Positions 61,002 through 64,000 of a DNA stretch of 64,000 nucleotides are shown piece by piece (positions within the stretch are counted from its first letter, which is position 1; each line of letters begins with the position of its first letter). A program made the translations under genes and the position numbers. Under the pieces are notes generated by a model. It made no database searches. It had not been told where the DNA came from and saw nothing but the letters and a program-made list of their open reading frames with translations. Source of the DNA: Parachlamydiales bacterium (GTDB lineage Bacteria > Chlamydiota > Chlamydiia > Chlamydiales > JAJFMK01); assembly GCA_963765145.1 (NCBI GenBank), contig CAVXVG010000027.1, positions 192,001 through 256,000 on the forward strand, written 5' to 3'.

Positions 61002-63071
61002 GTGTCCAACGTTATGCGCCTATTTTTCGGTTTTTTCTCTCTTTTTGCCCTCTTTTTTCACCCTCTTTCTGGAGATCTAGGCGAAACTAGCCCTTTATTG
61101 GAAAAGGCCCCCATTAACTTTCAAAACCTCGAAAAAGATACAGGACAGAGCAATACATCAATTATTCCCCTCTATCTAGAGAACCTAACGCCAGAACCTG
61201 GTCAGGCTTTGCCTGAGGAAGCTGTTGTCACGGAGTTGGACAGGAAACTTGCCTTTTTGGAAGAGATTTTGGAAAAACGTGACTACGAACGTTTTAGGTG
61301 TTTAGCAAGGGATGCTTTTGATTTGTGGGATGATGAAGCCTTACGAGATTTGGAAGAGCTTGCCTATAAAAATGATGTTTTTGACATCAGCCTTGAACTT
61401 GGCAGAAGGTTTCAAGATTTAGAAGAATGGGGAATGAGCGCCTTTGAATTGGGGGCTTATTCTGAAGCTTATTGGGTTCTTTTAGAGCTTTTTGAAACTG
61501 AAGAAAAGCCCACTTACCAAGTTCCTCATGCAATAGGTGAGATCTTTTGGTTTTGGGAAAGAAAATGTGAGGCTTATACCTACTTCAGAATCGCAAAACA
61601 GAGAATAGAACAAGTGCTTGCAGAAGCAAAAGTTGAAGATGAAGACGAGATCATCTCTGCAAGACTTGCTTTAGCTTCGATCCATTACCTTGAAAGAAAT
61701 GAGGTTGGGGCCCTTAACAATTTAAACGATCTTTTAAGCCGCTATCCCGATCACTATTCGATTGCCGCAACATATTCCTATCTTCTAACCGAATCGGGCT
61801 ATTATAGAAGCGCTAAGTGTGTTTTTGATGCTTATTTGACCACGCCGTGGGAACAATGGGACGAATTTGAGACAGAAAAAGGGGCAAGCTTAATGAACCT
61901 TTATATCGAAAAGGTTCGATATTTAAGGCTAATTGGCCATCAGGAAGCTGCTTTTGCACTTCTCTACCCTTTAATCGAAAGGCAAGAGACCATTCCCAAC
62001 CCAGATATCATTTGGGGTTCGCTTGCTGAAGTTGAGGTGGTTTCAGATTATTTTAGACAAGCAGCTAGCTCCTACTGTATTGCTCTCGATGAAAACCCTG
62101 TTAGCGAAATTTATCCACATGATTGGTGGGATGCCTATCAATTCCATCGCTCCTTTTTTTATGGAGAAGGAGAGCTGCTCCATACCATCCCAGGGCAAAA
62201 TGAACACATTTACAGAGGGAACCTATTTGAAAGATTCGGCTTACCCCATTTTCTTGACACAACCTTCGAGATCGATCATTACAGCGTGATTGATGTTCAA
62301 GATGTATTGACAGGGGATTTAGAAAACGAAAAAGGAGATCGGTGGCGCCTTTTTGTGAACTACGGTTTCGATAGCTTCAATGCAAATCAGTTAATCCTCG
62401 GGCTTTATTTTGCTCAAAGCATTGTCGGTGGAAAAGCCATATTCACTGCAAAAGACGAAAGAGGGCAAACCTTTATAGAAGGAAACTACCATTACCCCTC
62501 TTGGGAAATCATAGAAGCGACCACTCAAAGAGGTTTGTATGACCAGGTTAAGTTTGGTAGAACCCACTATTTCAACCAAAAATTTTATTTTGATGGTTGG
62601 ACAGCGTATAGGGTATGGGGTGTTGCCGGTATAAACAGTGTGGCAACCTCTTGGGCAACCTATTGGGATTTAACCTGGTCGTTTGAAAATCTATTTACAG
62701 AAAGATATTTGGGTGAAAACGGCTCTATTAACCTGATCTATAATTTGGACGCAGAATATATCTTCAACAGGAAATTTGGTATTACATCCGATGGAACTGC
62801 TTTGTACGAATTGCTTCCTTTGATTACTCAAGAGACCCATTCGATTTACCTATACGTTAATAAAGAATTTAACCCTACATTTAGGGCAGAGGCTTTTGGG
62901 GGGTACAGCGCTAATCGGCATGGAACAACAGCCCCGGATTATGGACTAAAATTGATTTGGAAGAAAAAGAACTGCTGGCGTGTTGTGGCCAACTATACTC
63001 ACCAGGCGGGAACAACAGTACAAGATAGTACCGTTGAACAATTTTTGATCGGTGCCTATGTATATTTTTAG
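61002..63071 (+). CDS. Exported TPR-like protein with C-terminal beta-barrel (PelB/PgaA-like architecture)
   Basis: Signal peptide, helical repeat N-terminal half, aromatic strand-rich C-terminal half ending YVYF; directly upstream of a PelA-like gene. Confidence 0.65.
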   Translation: MSNVMRLFFGFFSLFALFFHPLSGDLGETSPLLEKAPINFQNLEKDTGQSNTSIIPLYLENLTPEPGQALPEEAVVTELDRKLAFLEEILEKRDYERFRCLARDAFDLWDDEALRDLEELAYKNDVFDISLELGRRFQDLEEWGMSAFELGAYSEAYWVLLELFETEEKPTYQVPHAIGEIFWFWERKCEAYTYFRIAKQRIEQVLAEAKVEDEDEIISARLALASIHYLERNEVGALNNLNDLLSRYPDHYSIAATYSYLLTESGYYRSAKCVFDAYLTTPWEQWDEFETEKGASLMNLYIEKVRYLRLIGHQEAAFALLYPLIERQETIPNPDIIWGSLAEVEVVSDYFRQAASSYCIALDENPVSEIYPHDWWDAYQFHRSFFYGEGELLHTIPGQNEHIYRGNLFERFGLPHFLDTTFEIDHYSVIDVQDVLTGDLENEKGDRWRLFVNYGFDSFNANQLILGLYFAQSIVGGKAIFTAKDERGQTFIEGNYHYPSWEIIEATTQRGLYDQVKFGRTHYFNQKFYFDGWTAYRVWGVAGINSVATSWATYWDLTWSFENLFTERYLGENGSINLIYNLDAEYIFNRKFGITSDGTALYELLPLITQETHSIYLYVNKEFNPTFRAEAFGGYSANRHGTTAPDYGLKLIWKKKNCWRVVANYTHQAGTTVQDSTVEQFLIGAYVYF

Positions 63072-64000
63072 AACAATTTTATTGTTTAGCTTGGTGCAGG
63101 CAGCTCTTTTTGCACAAGTTGAACCACGCACTGTTTTAGTTCTCTACTTACAAAGCGAAGAGCCTGAACCTAATCTCAATCCCAATCAGGCCGAAAACTA
63201 TGTTGAAATGCCATTGAATCAGCTAGGGTTGAAAATTGCCCTGTTTGATTTAGAAAATGGCACCCCAAATTACGAGGCTTACGATGATTTAAGGGGCATT
63301 TTCGCTTGGCTTCAAAACACTAAAACGATCAAAGACCCTGTTGCTTTTTTAGATACTTTAAAAGAACAGATCCAAAAAGGGATCAAGTTTGTCACTTTTG
63401 GGTCATTGTCATTTGACCAATCAGACCCTCAACTTGTGCCCATTTTATCAGAAAAAGTGGCCGAAATTTATAAACTCATTGGGCTGGAAGACACCGGAAG
63501 GGCGATGGAAAAAGATTTCCGGACAACCATCGCATCGCTCGACAAAACAATGGTAGGTTTTGAATACCCTTTAAAGGCTTTCACAGCTCCCTACGATGTC
63601 ATGATGCCAATGAAAGGAAACAGTTATCTGGATGTTCATGTTCCTGATGTAGAAGGTTCCCGTTCGTCGGTTGTGTTCACAAGTCCTTTGGGTGGGTATG
63701 TAGCTTCTGGCTGGGAATTGTATACCGATGAGTCGGGCAAAAGAGATACTGTTCAGTGGCTCGTCAACCCCTTTTTGTTCTTTAAAGCGGCATACTCTAC
63801 AGAAAATCTTCCTAAGCCAGATCCAACCACCCTTTCGGGTCGAAGAGTGTTTTATAGCCAAATTGATGGAGATGGTTTTTATAACGTGTCTCTAATCAGC
63901 CCTTATTACGAGCAGTTCAAACTATCTCCCGAGGTGCTTTTACAAGAAATTTTTATTCCTTATTCGGACTTTCCATTTGCCTTTGCGCCGATTGCGGCAG
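63058..64000 (+). CDS. PelA-like polysaccharide deacetylase (3'-truncated; absent from ORF track)
   Basis: Hand translation MYIFRTILLFSLVQAALFAQVEPRTVLVLY...EMPLNQLG...WLVNPFLFF...LPKPDPTTLSGRRVFYSQIDGDGF. Confidence 0.78.
   Translation, partial: MYIFRTILLFSLVQAALFAQVEPRTVLVLYLQSEEPEPNLNPNQAENYVEMPLNQLGLKIALFDLENGTPNYEAYDDLRGIFAWLQNTKTIKDPVAFLDTLKEQIQKGIKFVTFGSLSFDQSDPQLVPILSEKVAEIYKLIGLEDTGRAMEKDFRTTIASLDKTMVGFEYPLKAFTAPYDVMMPMKGNSYLDVHVPDVEGSRSSVVFTSPLGGYVASGWELYTDESGKRDTVQWLVNPFLFFKAAYSTENLPKPDPTTLSGRRVFYSQIDGDGFYNVSLISPYYEQFKLSPEVLLQEIFIPYSDFPFAFAPIAA

Noticed and set aside
1..64000. CRISPR array, tRNA or rRNA genes
   Set aside because: Repeats are dispersed inverted repeats, not regularly spaced direct repeats; no cas genes or recognisable tRNA/rRNA seen

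Overview
Chromosomal window from an environmental Chlamydiae-like bacterium. The lineage is inferred from tandem Npt/Tlc nucleotide transporters next to a pgsA-like gene, the sppA-polA-coaE-rho order, and a chlamydia-type hypothetical protein followed by tsaE and a dnaQ-like gene. The window carries kdpABCD, two autotransporters, split umuD/umuC, three large orphan effector-like genes, housekeeping genes and the start of a Pel-like polysaccharide locus. Most longer intergenic gaps hold long palindromic repeats of at least six families, and transposable elements have inserted into these in nested layers. The clearest system is an IS110-family (IS1111-type) element at 46112-47720 inserted at an AC core inside a palindromic repeat. 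Its 3' non-coding end contains four guide-like segments matching its own target (the repeat) and its own circular donor junction, i.e. a readable bridge/seek-type RNA, and four empty predicted target sites lie in the same window. Also notable are two unannotated paralogous micro-proteins sharing an identical 13-aa core, a KdpD with no H-box histidine and no adjacent kdpE, and a Q/N-rich Rho. Three single frameshifts (polA, cysJ-like, ABC transporter) may be assembly errors. All product calls come from motif recognition, not database searches.
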